In this document: piece after piece, positions 38,580 through 51,199 of the stretch
Position numbering within the stretch: the stretch's first letter is position 1
Layout of the letters: each line of letters starts with the position of its first letter
Origin: Hypanus sabinus
Taxonomy: Eukaryota
Direction: 5' to 3'
Length of the DNA stretch: 64,000 bases
Assembly: GCF_030144855.1 (NCBI RefSeq)
Contig: NC_082715.1
Location: forward strand, 86,800,001-86,864,000
Translations under genes and position numbers: made by a program
Notes under the pieces: model-generated
What the model saw: only the letters and a program-made list of their open reading frames with translations
Database searches by the model: none
Told to the model about the DNA's origin: nothing

Positions 38580-40690
38580 TTTGTGGCCCGAGTTAAGAAG
38601 TTACAAAGCAGGTAGGAAGCAGTAAATGAGGTACTTGAGGAGTAGAAGAAATGCCAGAGAATACAAGAAGGAAATCAGGAGGGCTGAAAGAAGGCATAAG
38701 GATGCTCTAGCAGACAAGGTGAAGGAGAATCCCAAGGGCTTGCATTAATTATATACATATATGAAGTGTAAAACGATAGCAAAATTGGCCTTTGTGAAGA
38801 TTGGTGTGGTTATCTCTGCATGGAGCTGAAAAAGATAGGGGAGATCTTAAATGGATTCTGTGCATCGGTATTTGCTTAGGAGACAGACACAAAGTCTATA
38901 GAAGTGAGGCAAAGCAGTAAGAAAGTTATGAACTATATATGGACTACAGAGGGGGAAAGCAAATTGGGGTGGATAAATCTTCAGAAACTGACAATGACCC
39001 TGTGCGAGGCCAGTGCAGAAATTGTAGGATCTCTGGCAGAGATATCTAAAATGTCCTTAGTAATGGGTAAGATACCAGAGGACTGGAGGATAGCCAATGT
39101 TGCTCCAATGTTTAAGAAAGTCTCGAAGAATAAATCAGGAAATAATCAGCCTGTGAGTCTGAATTCAGTAGTGGTTAAGATATTAGAAGGTATTTTTTGC
39201 ATCCATATATAAAAGTATTTGGATAGACGGGGACTAATTAGGGGTTGTCACTATGGCTTTGAGTGTGGTAGGACATGCCTTACAAATCTGACATAACTTT
39301 TTGAGGAGATTTCAAGGAAAACTAGTTATGGAAAGGCAGTGAACGTTGTCTACACGGAGTTTAGCAAGGCCTTTGATAAAGTTTCACATGAATGGCTGGT
39401 CAAAAAAATTCAGTCGCTTGGCATTCAGGATGAAGTAATAAATTTGACTGAACATTGGGAAGAAGCCTTAAAGTGGTAGCAGCCCTATGCCTGTTTAACT
39501 TATCACCCCTCCTTCATTCATCTTGCTTCATCTATCACTTACAGCTTGCCCCCTTCCCTTTCCCCCACCTTCTTATTCTGGCATCTTCCCCTTCCTTTCT
39601 GGTTCTGATGAAGTATCTTAGCCCTAAACATGTCTGACCTGCTGAGTTCCTCCAATGTTCTTACAAACAATAGGCTCATAAGAGAGCTTTTGGCTTCTTG
39701 GCCTTCACAAATCAAAGTATTGAGTACAGGAGTTGGGTTGTTATGTTGAAATTGTAATAAGGCCTAATTTGAAGTATTGTGTGTAGTTCTGGTCACCTGC
39801 CTACAGGAAAGATATCAATAAGATTGAAAGAGTGCAGGGAAAATTTACAAGGATGTTGCCAGGTCTTGAAGACCTGAGCTGTAGGGGAAGGATAAGTCGG
39901 TTGTAGCCTGGGGAAAAATGCACACGCAGGACAACAAGTTTTGGGTCTTAAATTCCTTCATCTGTTTTAGATGTGTTACTGCAGGAAGAGGGTATCAAAA
40001 TAAAAACAAAAAAATAAATTAAAAACAGTTCTCACTATTACAATCTCAGCTTAACTTCAGACCATACCCTTGTAAGAAAGAGTAACCTTTGTTACGTATG
40101 CGGTATGAAAATAACTAAAACTAAACATAAAAAACTGTGCTTAATCTCCAAACATATATAGGCAAGAACTTGAAATGAATTCACCTCATTCACGCTAGTA
40201 AGGAACTTTGTATCACACTATCCAGCACTGATCAATTTACGTGTGATAATCTTTCCTCACCAAACCTGGGGAAAACATTCGAACATCATCCTTTCAAGAA
40301 CATGGCAACACTTTATTCTACTCCACCCATACAAATGACATCACTGTTTTCTCTTAAAGGCACAGGGAGCTATTTTAACATTACCAAGGTGAACACATAA
40401 GTGCACTTTAACAATAAAAAAATGACATTCAGCAGTCACCTAGTTACTAATGGGTTGAGGATGAAAGGTGAAATGTTAAATAATACATGAAAGAAACTTC
40501 TTTGCTCAGAGGGTGGTGAGAGCGTGACTTCAATTTCAGCACAAGAGAAATTTAGATCGGTTCATGGATGGGATGGGAATAGAGGGCTATGGTCCAGGTG
40601 CGAGGTGGTGGGACTAGGCTATTATGCATGGACTAGATGGGCCAAAGGGCTTGCTTATGTCCTGTAGTGTTCCATGACTCCATAACTCTA
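38580..40690 (+). mobile_element. Decayed CR1 ORF2, interrupted by a Penelope terminus (~39480-39660) and an LTR-like insert (~39902-40450)
   Basis: PEDWRIANVAPMFKK, FSKAFDKV, KYCV*FWSP; tail at ~40660-40690. Confidence 0.8.
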
Positions 40691-40934
40691 GCTGAACTCC
40701 TTTCTATTGTTTATACTGTATGTTCCTACACTACTGATTCACATTAATTTAAGGATTAAGTAAGGTATGTCCAAGTAAATTGCACTTGTATTTCTTGCAT
40801 CCAGATATTATTATAAATATTGCGTATGTGAATGCTCATTTATTGCTGAAGCTACAACATTATCACATGGCTACATTTATTTTCAGAACATCTTTGCTCT
40901 ATTAAGTCGAATAAAATTGAATACATGTATATTG

Positions 40935-41310
40935 AAAACATGAGAAATTCTGCAGGTGCTGGAAATGCAAAGCAACACACACACAAAATACTAGAGGAAA
41001 TCAACAAGTCAGGCAGAGTCTATGGAAATGAATAACCGTCGACATTACATGGCAAGACCCTTCTTCAGGACTGCTGGAATGGAATGGAGAAGATGCCAGA
41101 ATAAAAAGGCAGGTGGTGTGGAAGGAGGGTAGCTCAAAAGTGAAGCAAGGTGGGTGGGAACGGTAAAAGGCGGGAGAGGAAGAAATCTGACAGAAGAGGA
41201 GAATGAACCGTAGGAGGAAAGGATGGAGAAGGGGATACAGGGTGGGGGGGGGTAGTGATAGGCAGGTGAGAGGGGTAAGAGACCGGGGGGGGGGGGACAG
41301 AGGTAAAGGG
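40935..41310 (-). mobile_element. Penelope-like terminal repeat
   Basis: Purine-rich tract and decayed hammerhead motif on the minus strand. Confidence 0.75.
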
Positions 41311-41989
41311 ATTACCACAATGACACCTAAATGACACCTAGTCGGGCATATTTTAACTTTTTTAGATAGAAATCATACAGTAGTTTGATCCCCTTTTACA
41401 AGAATGTCTCCTGATAAACAGAGCCTTGCGGTTTAAAATTATTAACTGTGGCCATAAATTTGCTGCAATTATGTTCGTGTTTCAAGAGCACTGCTTGGTC
41501 AATATTTTCTTGCAAACAATTTAAAAAAATTATACTTTATGATCTTTCTAAAGACTGCACTTTGAAGGTAACAGCCTTTGAAAAGTAAATTTCAGTTTGT
41601 GATATCATTACTTACAGAGCACATTTCCATCAAAATGTAAATTGAGTGTCACTTGGTTGAACTGCAATGTAAATAAATCCAAACACAAATAATCTCTGAG
41701 GTACGTTGTGCACTTTTGACGGAGACTACACATGTAGAGTGAGCAGAGAAAATACAAACACAAAATAGTGTGGTATTTGCTGACATTTTCAGTGCATCAG
41801 AAGGTCAGCTGGTATATCAGTAATGGTAAAGCAATTATAAAACCTGGCCACCTTGCAGTTCAATGTCAGATAATATGTGGTACATTGATTTGGATATACT
41901 GTAGATTAGTACTATAATGTGCAGGCACGTGTGTGGGGACCCATCTTGAGGAGAGAGCTATATGGAGAAGGCTGAAGAGAGCTGGACTA

Positions 41990-42570
41990 TGCACATCAAT
42001 ACTCTCATCCTTCTACAGATGCTCAGCAAAGAGCATCCCGACATGCTGCATCACTGCATGGTAGGGAAACTGCACTGTGGTGGATAGGAAGGCTCTACAA
42101 TGGATAGCCAAAACTGCCCAATGCATCACTCACATCAGCATACCCAGCATCAAGGATGTATAATCAGAAAGGTGCCTGAAAAAGGCCAGCAACATCATGA
42201 AGTATCCCTGCTCCTGGACTGTTGTCCTCCTTCCATTAGAAAGTCAGTTGGTTAGCATCCATGCCAGGACCACCAGACTCAAAAGCAGGTATTTTCCCCT
42301 AGCAACAAGGCTGATCAACACTTCTACCCACAAACACACTCTACTACACCCCCACCATTACTACTTAAACATCTCCTACCAGAGTATTCTTGCATTACTT
42401 TATGGACAATCAATCTACATGCGTCTATAAATTAGCTTCTGTATTTATATTTTTTATTATTGTGTTATTTATCTTGTTGGGTTTATTTTTGTGCTGCATT
42501 AGATCCAGAGTAACAATTATTCTGTTCTCCTTTACACGTGGGTACTTGAAATAACATTAAACCACCTTGA
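41990..42570 (+). mobile_element. Rex1/Babar LINE 3' end
   Basis: SILTCCITAW and ARTTRLKSRYFPLATRLIN. Confidence 0.8.
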
Positions 42571-43118
42571 AGCGGTAAGGGAGAGACTTACCTGAAAGAT
42601 TTTCCCAATTGTAATTGTAGAAACAACACAAATTCAAAATGCACATCTTAATGATATCACAGTAAAATTATTTCCTAGATTTTTGATATCAGCTGTGGTT
42701 TGGTAAGCAAACTCTAAACAATGAGTCAGAAGGTCGTGGGAGGAAATTTAATCAAAAGGCATATCATTTATCTATGTCTGATAGACATACCATTTATGTT
42801 GACGTGATTTTTTTATTTATTGCTTTCTTTTATATTGTTCCAGCTATTTTTTTGACATTGAGTATAAATAACTTTGTTTTGAATACTGAAATTACTTGAT
42901 AGAAAGTATGGAAAACTTGAATCAATTTTAAAAAATGATAAACTTACATATTGTTTCCCCATGTCTTCTTGGGCACAAATTACAGATAGATAACACACAG
43001 AGTAAACATTGCAGTAAGCAGTAAGTAGCACAAAGCTACAGTGCATGAGTAATGGGCTCCTGAAATTCTGTCACATTGAACAATGATTATTTTCACTTTG
43101 AATTAACATTTCTATGTA

Positions 43119-43331
43119 CAGGTCCTGCCCATCTTATAAATGCCCAAATTATGTACACTCGTGCATGAGTGAGCATTTGGCTGAACTGTGGAATGGATTT
43201 TCGAACTACTGTAAGGATAAAAACAATTTTTTAAATTTGGGAATTAAGTATGCAGCCGCACTTACGACTTGCAAACTGTTCGAGTTACAAACTGTTTACG
43301 TAAAATCTGTCATAACCTGGGGAAGATCCCT
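43119..43331. mobile_element. Tigger/pogo-like MITE, decayed
   Basis: TA|CAGGTCCTGCCCATCTTAT left end; 'tcataacctggggaagatccc|ta' right end; internal ttacga-type repeats. Confidence 0.5.
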
Positions 43332-44815
43332 ATCGGGGGAGAAAGTAAGAAGTAAAATATGGAACTTTGAGAGATTTCCCCAAAGACTACATTTTTTTCC
43401 TGTTTTTTTGTGCCTGATGCATTCGTGCACGGAGATACTCAGACGTACATGGTGGTGCCCACAGACATGTAACACAAGCCTGGATTTTAGAAAGGTATTT
43501 TAATCCAGCAAAGCTGCATTCTCATGCAGAAGGTGGCCTTCAATAGCATATGAGACCTATTTAAAGGGGACCTGCCTAAACACATAACATGTGGAATCTA
43601 GGACTAGGAACACACCTCAGATAAGCCTTCTTTTAAAGCGGCAGCCAACACTAGCAAAGCTCTTCCTGGTTAACTCAATCACCTTGCTCTGGTTGAAAAT
43701 CCAACCATTTTTGCCAGAGATGGCAATATTCTTCTTGACCCCCTAACCCGTTCAGAAGCTTGCACTCTTCTGATTGAGCCACCACTTCCCCCAGCTACCC
43801 CAACTACCCCAACTACTGATCACGACTCCATCCCTCCAAAGACCTGAGTGCCTCAAGGCCCCTACCATCCCATCATCCCCACAACAGATGCAATGGGCTC
43901 ACTTGCCTACTTGTCTAATGAATTCTACCACTCTTAAAAACTGCACAGAGATTGAGAACGAACTTTCTTCAGACCATTGGCCTTTATGTGTTTCAAAATT
44001 ATGCCCAAATTAATTTAACAAAGTCTCCAAGTTAAGAGGCTTTGCTATAGAGTTTTGGAACTAACCCACTAAAATTACTACAAGTAGATCTGATCTCATT
44101 CCTACAGGCAAGATATAGTTGCAGTCGAGAGGGTTAACTAAAGTGCACAGTCAGGATTCCAAGATGAAATATGCTGCCATATGTGGAGGGGAATGTGTCG
44201 GGTAGTAATATGGATAACTAGAAAATGAGGAAGCAGGTGTGAAATTAACTAACAACATTGATATCTGTTAACTTGTATAATTACTGCAACAAACTTGTGC
44301 AAGTAGCCCTGTTGTGAGGGCTTGTCATTGCAGAATGTCAGTGTCATTTAAAGCAAACACTGAATCCCACAATGGGTGCTGGGAAGCAATCAGAGCACAT
44401 TCTGATAAAGAAGGTATTAAACAGAGCCTTTGCACAACTGCTTAGAAGGTTAAGGAAGATTCAGCTGAAGTTTTCAAAATATTTTATTTTTACTGGTTAC
44501 TGATTGGTAGATAGGAATTGGGGAGTCGACCCTGAAAATTAGAACCAGGTCCAAGAAACAACTTATACTGTATGCAATATTAACTAAGCATCTGCATTAA
44601 CTTAATGTGACAGTTGAGATTATATCTGGCCTCAGTTAGGAAACACTGAAATGTGTCCAATAAGAACACGACAGAAAGACAACATTTACTCAATGTTCAG
44701 TGGAGAACATTGTGGATGACCTTAGAGACCAATCCAATGCAGCATTCCACAAGAAAGACATAACCTCTTTCCCAAGGGGCATCAGGGTAGTGGAAGAGAT
44801 GGTCCAGCACTGTAG

Positions 44816-45125
44816 GGGCAGCACAGTAGTGCAATGGTTAGCAACACACTTTAAAGCACTAGTGTTTGTGGTCCAATTCCTGTAAGGAGTTTGTATATTC
44901 TCCCCATGACCATGTGTGTTTCTGCCGGGTGCTCTGGTTTCCTCCTACATTTCAAAGACATACTGTTATGGTTAATGGGTCGCGGGCATGCTACGTTAGC
45001 ACCAAATGCGTGGCAACCCTGCTGGGCTGTTCAGCACATCCTGACTGATTTGATTTGATGCAAAGCGAAGCATTTCATTTTTTAGTTGGATGAGCATGTG
45101 ACAAATAAAGCTAATCTTAATCTTT
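44816..45125 (+). mobile_element. tRNA-derived V-SINE
   Basis: A-box-like 'tagtgcaatggttagc'; V-domain 'gggtgctctggtttcctcctacatttcaaagac'; AATAAA+(atctta) tail. Confidence 0.8.
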
Positions 45126-46428
45126 AAAACTCCAGAAAGAACTTTTTGGATACCAGCAAAGTCCAAAGACTGTACATATAATGAAACACTCACTGGTTTT
45201 TCCTTGCTTATATGAAGAGAGAGCTGCAACAGTAGCTAACAGGCAGCATACAGGCACCGTTCCATGAGTTCACTAACATGGGGAGATAAAATCTAGCAAT
45301 AACTCTAGAAGATGTAGGAACAGAAACAGACCATTTAGACCATCAAGATTGCTCCACCATTCATTCAGGCTGATTTGTATTTCCCTCCCATCCCCTTTCT
45401 CCTGCCCTGGAGTCTTAGAGTCATAGATCACTACAACACAGAACCTGACCCTTCAGCCTATTTAGTCTGCACCGAAATGTTGTACTGCCAGAACTTGCTG
45501 ATGACAAAAAACAAAGAACCTAGAAGAGGATTTGAACTCCGGGCAAGCTCTGGATTCGCTGATGATGGGATGCTGAACACGACTCCGTAAACTCTGCTCT
45601 CACCAATTTGCTTAATGTACATCAAGGCCCACTCCCCCTGCCGTCAAATGTGGAGCAGAGGCTTAGAATCCAGATTGTCCTCTAATTCCTCCATTTCCCT
45701 GTCCCTAAACCATAACCTGATCACTGTCTCCCCTCCCTATCTACAAAACCATCCCTACAGACCTAAAAAACAACCAAGTATGAGCCACGGCTTTGAGAGA
45801 AACCGCAACTCTGAGCCATCTTTAAAAAAAAATGTGTTAAGCTCTCACCTCATTTATCAGAGTCAGGATCAGTTTCAATATCACTGACTTATATTGTGAC
45901 ATCTGGTGTTTTGCGGCAGTAGTGCATTGCAATTCATAATAATAAAAACTATAAATTACCATAAATATATATAATTATATCAATTGTGCAAAAGGAGAGG
46001 GAGAAATGCTGAGGTATTGTTAATAGGTTCATTGTTCATTCAGAAATCTGATGGCAGAGGGGAAGAAGCTCGTGCTGAAATGTTGAGTGTGTATCTTCAG
46101 GCTCCTGTACAGGGAGCAATGAGAAGAGAACATGTCCTGGATGATGGGAGTTCCCTTTGAGCCATCAGCTTTTAAAAGTGAACTGGATGCTGAGGAGGCT
46201 AGAGCTCATGATGGAGCTTTTTCTATTACTATGCAGTGGCCCCTCCGTACCAATTGATCATGCAAACAGTTAGAATGTTCTCCACAATACATATGTTGAT
46301 ATTTGTGAATGTCTTTGGTAACGTTAATTGTCCTCAAACTCCTAATGAAGTGAAGCTGCAGTCCTGCCTTCTTTGTAATTGCACCAATATGTTGGGCCCA
46401 GGATTGATCCTCAAGGATGTTAACGCAC

Positions 46429-47183
46429 AAGAACCTGAAATTGTTGGCTAAGCGCCTGTTTCCGGGTTCGGTGGAGAGTTGGGGCTGCTCACCGCCTCCT
46501 TACCTCCGAGAAGCGGCGAGCCCATGCCGGCGTCATCCTCGGGCCGAGTCCCGCTGCACGATCCGCAGAGCTCCGGACGCTTTTGCTACCAGGTTATTAA
46601 CTTCTTCGGAAAAAGAAAATGGGAGGGGTTGAAAGGCTAAATATTCCAATATCACAGCCAAGCTCTGGCACTCCCAAGCAAAACCAGCACCTGAACAATA
46701 ACTGGCATAAGGGCAAGGACAACAATCTCAGCCACATGAAGTTGGCATACAAGAAGGCCCATGAACGATGCATCTCTGAGACCTGTCAGACTATGCAAAA
46801 GGATGCAAAAATGGTTATGCACTTTACTGCAAGTAATCAGAGCTGGGAAACTATTCTGAGCACTTCTAATACACTACTACAATCACAGTGTGACCAAAAT
46901 TATGCTGGAGCCAAGTTTAGTGAGCCACCATCTCCAAGTGTATTACCCAAACCTCCGAGCCACTGGGTACATCTTCCCCTGGAGCCTTCTGACCACAGTG
47001 ACATGGCCTTCCAGTTGAAGACCTTACTTAAAGTGCAAGCATAGTCTGTAGCTTAAATAGGGCAGGTTCAAACAGAACTGGAAGCTTTGTTCTGTCATTC
47101 AATGCAGTTTTCAACCATTGCCTTTAATTACCCATTTAAGGTGGATATTTGCTTAGTGTATTAAAAAAAAAGAACCTGAAATT
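46429..47183 (+). other. PNRC2: Processed PNRC2 mRNA insertion (5'UTR+CDS+short 3'UTR+A-tail) with 14-bp TSD
   Basis: AAGAACCTGAAATT at 46429-46442 and 47170-47183; A9 at 47163-47171; a minus-strand Rex LINE is split exactly at the duplication. Confidence 0.92.
46619..47044 (+). CDS. PNRC2: Proline-rich nuclear receptor coactivator 2 (retrocopy, intact 141-aa ORF)
   Basis: Starts MGGVERLNIP and ends NYAGAKFSEPPSPSVLPKPPSHW...FQLKTLLKVQA, matching the PNRC2 N-terminus and the PNRC C-terminal domain (YAG motif, SEPPSPS, LKTLL NR box). Strong Kozak context gaaaATGg, no stops or frameshifts. Confidence 0.96.
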   Translation: MGGVERLNIPISQPSSGTPKQNQHLNNNWHKGKDNNLSHMKLAYKKAHERCISETCQTMQKDAKMVMHFTASNQSWETILSTSNTLLQSQCDQNYAGAKFSEPPSPSVLPKPPSHWVHLPLEPSDHSDMAFQLKTLLKVQA

Positions 47184-47400
47184 TTTCATCCCTTCCAGCT
47201 CCGATCCTCAACAAGGACTCATGGGTGGTCCCTTGACTTCCCTTTCTGAATTCCACAATAAATTCCCTGGTCTTACTGACACTGAGTGTTGTTGCTGTGA
47301 CACTACTCAACCAGCTGATCTATCTTCCTCCTCTATGCCTCCTTGTTACCATCTGAAATTCTGCCAATAATATTTGTGTCATTGGCAAATTTATAGATGG

Positions 47401-48525
47401 ATAGAGATTTCAGTGGATAGAGATGCTACCGAGTTGCAATCAGAAATGAGAGTGAGCTTGAACAAAATTACAGCACCAAAACAGAAACTAGCCTGGCCAA
47501 ATTAATTGTGTTACCAGTGTGGCAGAGGCTCACATACACAAAATAAATGTAGATTTAAAGACAAACCTTGCAGACAATGCAATGAAGTAGGACACATACA
47601 AAGAGCATGTTGGGTAGACAAATAAATGATCTGCACAGGGATGAGAAAAAGATAAAAAGTCAGGTTGCAGTTTCAAATAGAGTTCTGATTTGCCTGCTAT
47701 TGATGAAATACCTAATAATGATGAGAGTGATACAGGATTGTGTAGCTTTGAGATTTACAGTGTGAAAATTAAAAATAGACATGCAGCACAGCTTACACCA
47801 GAATTGAACGGCAAATTAATTAAAATGGAATTGGACACTAGTTCAGCTGCTTCAGTCATTCCACAAAATGAGTTCAAACAGCAGTTCAGAGGTACTAAAT
47901 TGAAGCCTGCAGATATCCAACTAAGAACTGAGAAAAGACTGGGAAAAGATAACTCCTGTGGGAATGGCACTTGTGACAGTGAAAAATAACAGCCAGTCAC
48001 AATGAGCTTGCATGTGGCAAAAACAGGAGGACCAGTATTGTGGGGCATGTTTGACTGAGAGGAGTACAACTTGATTAGAGTTTCATCCACAATTTGCATG
48101 TCATAACCCCTGCAGTGAAGCCATCTGAAAGTGGACACTCCACAACCAACAACTCACCAGCTACACTGTTCCAGATTCATCCCTTGTGTTCACACTTGGA
48201 TCTCCTCAAACCTAGTCTTAAGAGGAGGGTGCAGGACAAACAGTTGAGACAAACTGAAAGCTCCTCAAGTAAGAAATTTTGATGTTTCACTCCTGGACAA
48301 ACAGTCCTGGTGAGGGACTACACAGGTAATCAAAGATGGGTACTCAGAAAGATTAGGGACAGAATGGATCACTCTCCTACACAGTGGAGTTTGAAACTGA
48401 TGTCATCTGGAGATGATTCATCCATCAATTGAGGAGAGCAGAGTCAATTGTGAGAGAAGAATGTTGGCTACTGCCATCAAAACCACTTCTTGCAGTCTCA
48501 GAGTCATATCCTACAACCACCAATT
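47401..48525 (+). mobile_element. Gypsy LTR-retrotransposon internal remnant (gag knuckles, protease, integrase C-terminus), heavily deleted
   Basis: CYQCGRGSHTQNKC..CRQCNEVGHIQRAC; KMELDTSSAASVI; FTPGQTVLVRDY. Confidence 0.82.
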
Positions 48526-51199
48526 CAATTTTTCCTCTATATTTATCACGTATTGCATTGTACTACTGCTGCAAAGTTAACAAAGTACACGACTTATGCA
48601 GGTGGTAATAAACCTGATTCTGAGAACTAAATAATGTCATCAACACAGAACCAGACCATTTGGCTCAGCTAAAAAGTTAGGTACTACCAACCCACTTCAT
48701 CTCACTGTTGCTGTTTTCAGCTGTTTATCATTAGTAGGCTATGTTAACTTGACTGGATGTGCAAGGACAGTAGGACAAAACCTGATACAGATGGTAAAAT
48801 GCCGATAATCTGGCTCAGAGCTAAACTGGGCAAAATCCAAACCAGGGATTACTAACAGCTAACATCGATAGTCTGTGTAAAACATAAATGTTAACAGCAA
48901 ATGACATCAGTTGTGGGAAATATCCAAATTTATATAACAATAAAACAGGCTTCTGAGAAAAGAAAGACATGTTTGAATACTTGCACTAAAAAACAGTCAA
49001 TTAAAATTGATTTACAAAGAAATCTGTGAACTTGTTGCAGTCTGATACTGTGGACACCAGAATCTGTCAAAATATCAAAGGTTCTCTCTCAATGGGTACT
49101 GTTGGCATTCAACTATAAGTTCACAAGAGAAATTTCAAAGCATATAGACATGGCGGTGTTAAATGCTTAGAGGCAACAGAAGAGCAGATCACTACCGTGA
49201 TGCATTTTAGTTCAAGCTAAATCACATTGATTTGTCATAGGTTTATGTTGACCATAATTCCATCCTGGCAAAAATTCACTTCAGCATGAATTGTTTGGCA
49301 CAGACAAGCCCAGAGAAGTCCAGCTTAGTTACACATTGTGCATCATCACAGGAATTCTCCAACTAATGCATCTTTCATGCTTCCTGATTCAAATGACATT
49401 ACATGCCGTCAGAGTGCAGAGAGATTCCGGCAAGCAAGCCTCTCAGGAAAGCATTAATCCAGGCCTTCCTCTGTTCTGTCATCTTTTCAGCCCACCATCT
49501 TGTGTCACAACATCCTCTGTGGATTAGGTTGTTGCACCGTGATAACAGAGGAGGACCTGTGGCCAGAAGACTGGAACCTGATCATCCAGCTAACAGTACT
49601 TTACCATTTATCACAGAGCTCAGCCACATGCATAGGACCTACTGCATTGTCAGAGGACCCTTCTTGGCCATTTCCGGAGTGGGCAAAGCCTCTCAAGTAG
49701 TAAATCAACACTTTTGGAGGTCTCGAGATATTCTAATCATGCAGACTAAATCAAAGCATACATTGCACATACCCATAAATAAGTTCAATACCAGGGTCCA
49801 TGAGCTACACATGGATACCAAAAACGTTATTGTCAGAATCAGAATACAAGCAAATAAAATATAAATACATTATTGGTTATGTCACTTTGAATAAAAATGG
49901 GTTAAAATGAAGGGACAAATATTGAATCCACTTGAAATTAATCATGTATGTAATTATGTGAACTTACCATCTATCTGAGTAAATAATAAATTTTATTTAT
50001 ATTATAAGATGGGGTCTATTTATTTTATAAGATGGGGTCTTAGCTGTTTTAATTTGCATCCGATGTAAAATGATTTATTATTGCAAAGCTGGAGATGGGG
50101 CGTGAGCCCATGATTGACTCCATTGCTTCTCAGTAATTAAAGTGTCAAGCAAGACTGAAGTTGATGAGGACAAGAGTGGAGGACAGGCAGGTAGTTGGCA
50201 CCATCCATGTGCATTTAATAAATAAATCTCTCTCTCTCTCTCTCTCTCTCTCCCTCTCCCCTCCCTCTCCTCCCCCCTCCCCAATTAGAGGAAAGTGCAG
50301 GAATCCTGGGATCCAAGTTGCCAGGATTGATTGGCAAGGCTGTGTCCTTGTTTTGGGGGATTTTGAGGATCATGTTGCATGTGTTTATGGCTCCAGATTA
50401 CTTTTTTTGCTGCTTTTGAGCAGCTTGATCAGGGCGATCGATGTGGATTGGGACATTTTGGTGAAGAATAGCTCTGTGGCCTTCAGTGTGCTAGTGGCAG
50501 GATACTGAACTGAGCTCAACTGAATACTATTGGAACCTGGTTTGATATTTGATACTGTATATATGCTGTTTGCTCGCAAATCTGTTCTTTCTTCCTTCAT
50601 TGGGTATTTGATGTTAACTTGAAGGGGTTCCGTGTTGTTTCTTTTCTTTGTAGCTGCCTGTGGGAGGAGGCAGTCATATTCTGCATACATACTTTTATAA
50701 TAAATATACTTCAAATCTTTAAAACTGCTGATCATACTTAAATTGGCTCCAATTTCATATATATTGATCAAAAAATCCTCATTTATTGAAAACAATGATT
50801 AATTTGCTTGCAAAAAGCAATATTTAGAATAGTTTTTGAATCAGAAATGCTTAGAATGAACATCTATCTGTTCACGCAACTCACCATAGCATTTGCTTCA
50901 ATTTGCTTAAATAAATACTGGACTGAAGAGATATATCGCTGCCAGCATTGGCATTTTACCAGCAGACAGGCTTATCTTCTGACAACTGGCTGCAATTTCA
51001 TTTGAATCAATTATGTTTTGAGCTGAAAACAGTTTGACACCAAAACCGAAAGACCCAGAGACACCCAGGTTTGTCTACTATCAAGTAAGTGTGGCTAATT
51101 TTCAACTTCAAATGAAATACTTAGAGTCTGCAGTCTTGGAGGGGGCAATGGGGCAGTATTAAGCTAGGTTTCCATGGAAATGGAAGATTCCATAATTAT

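Larger units (their letters stand above)
45857..47400 (-). mobile_element. Rex1/Babar LINE 3' half, host of the PNRC2 retrocopy
   Basis: VNILEDQSWAQHIGAITKKA (46206-46430, minus) continues after 47183 into the SVSKTREFIV and YKFANDT region. Confidence 0.88.

Noticed and set aside
42591-42715. Minus-strand exon candidate ending in CAG|GTAAGT
   Set aside because: Stops in all three frames, and the acceptor overlaps what looks like an old tRNA-SINE head on the plus strand.
44816-44885. tRNA gene
   Set aside because: Degenerate tRNA-like SINE head followed by a V-domain; no complete cloverleaf.
46619-47044. Treating this as the canonical parental PNRC2 locus
   Set aside because: An intronless CDS alone is not diagnostic for PNRC2, but the TSD, A-tail and cleanly split host LINE indicate a retroposed copy.
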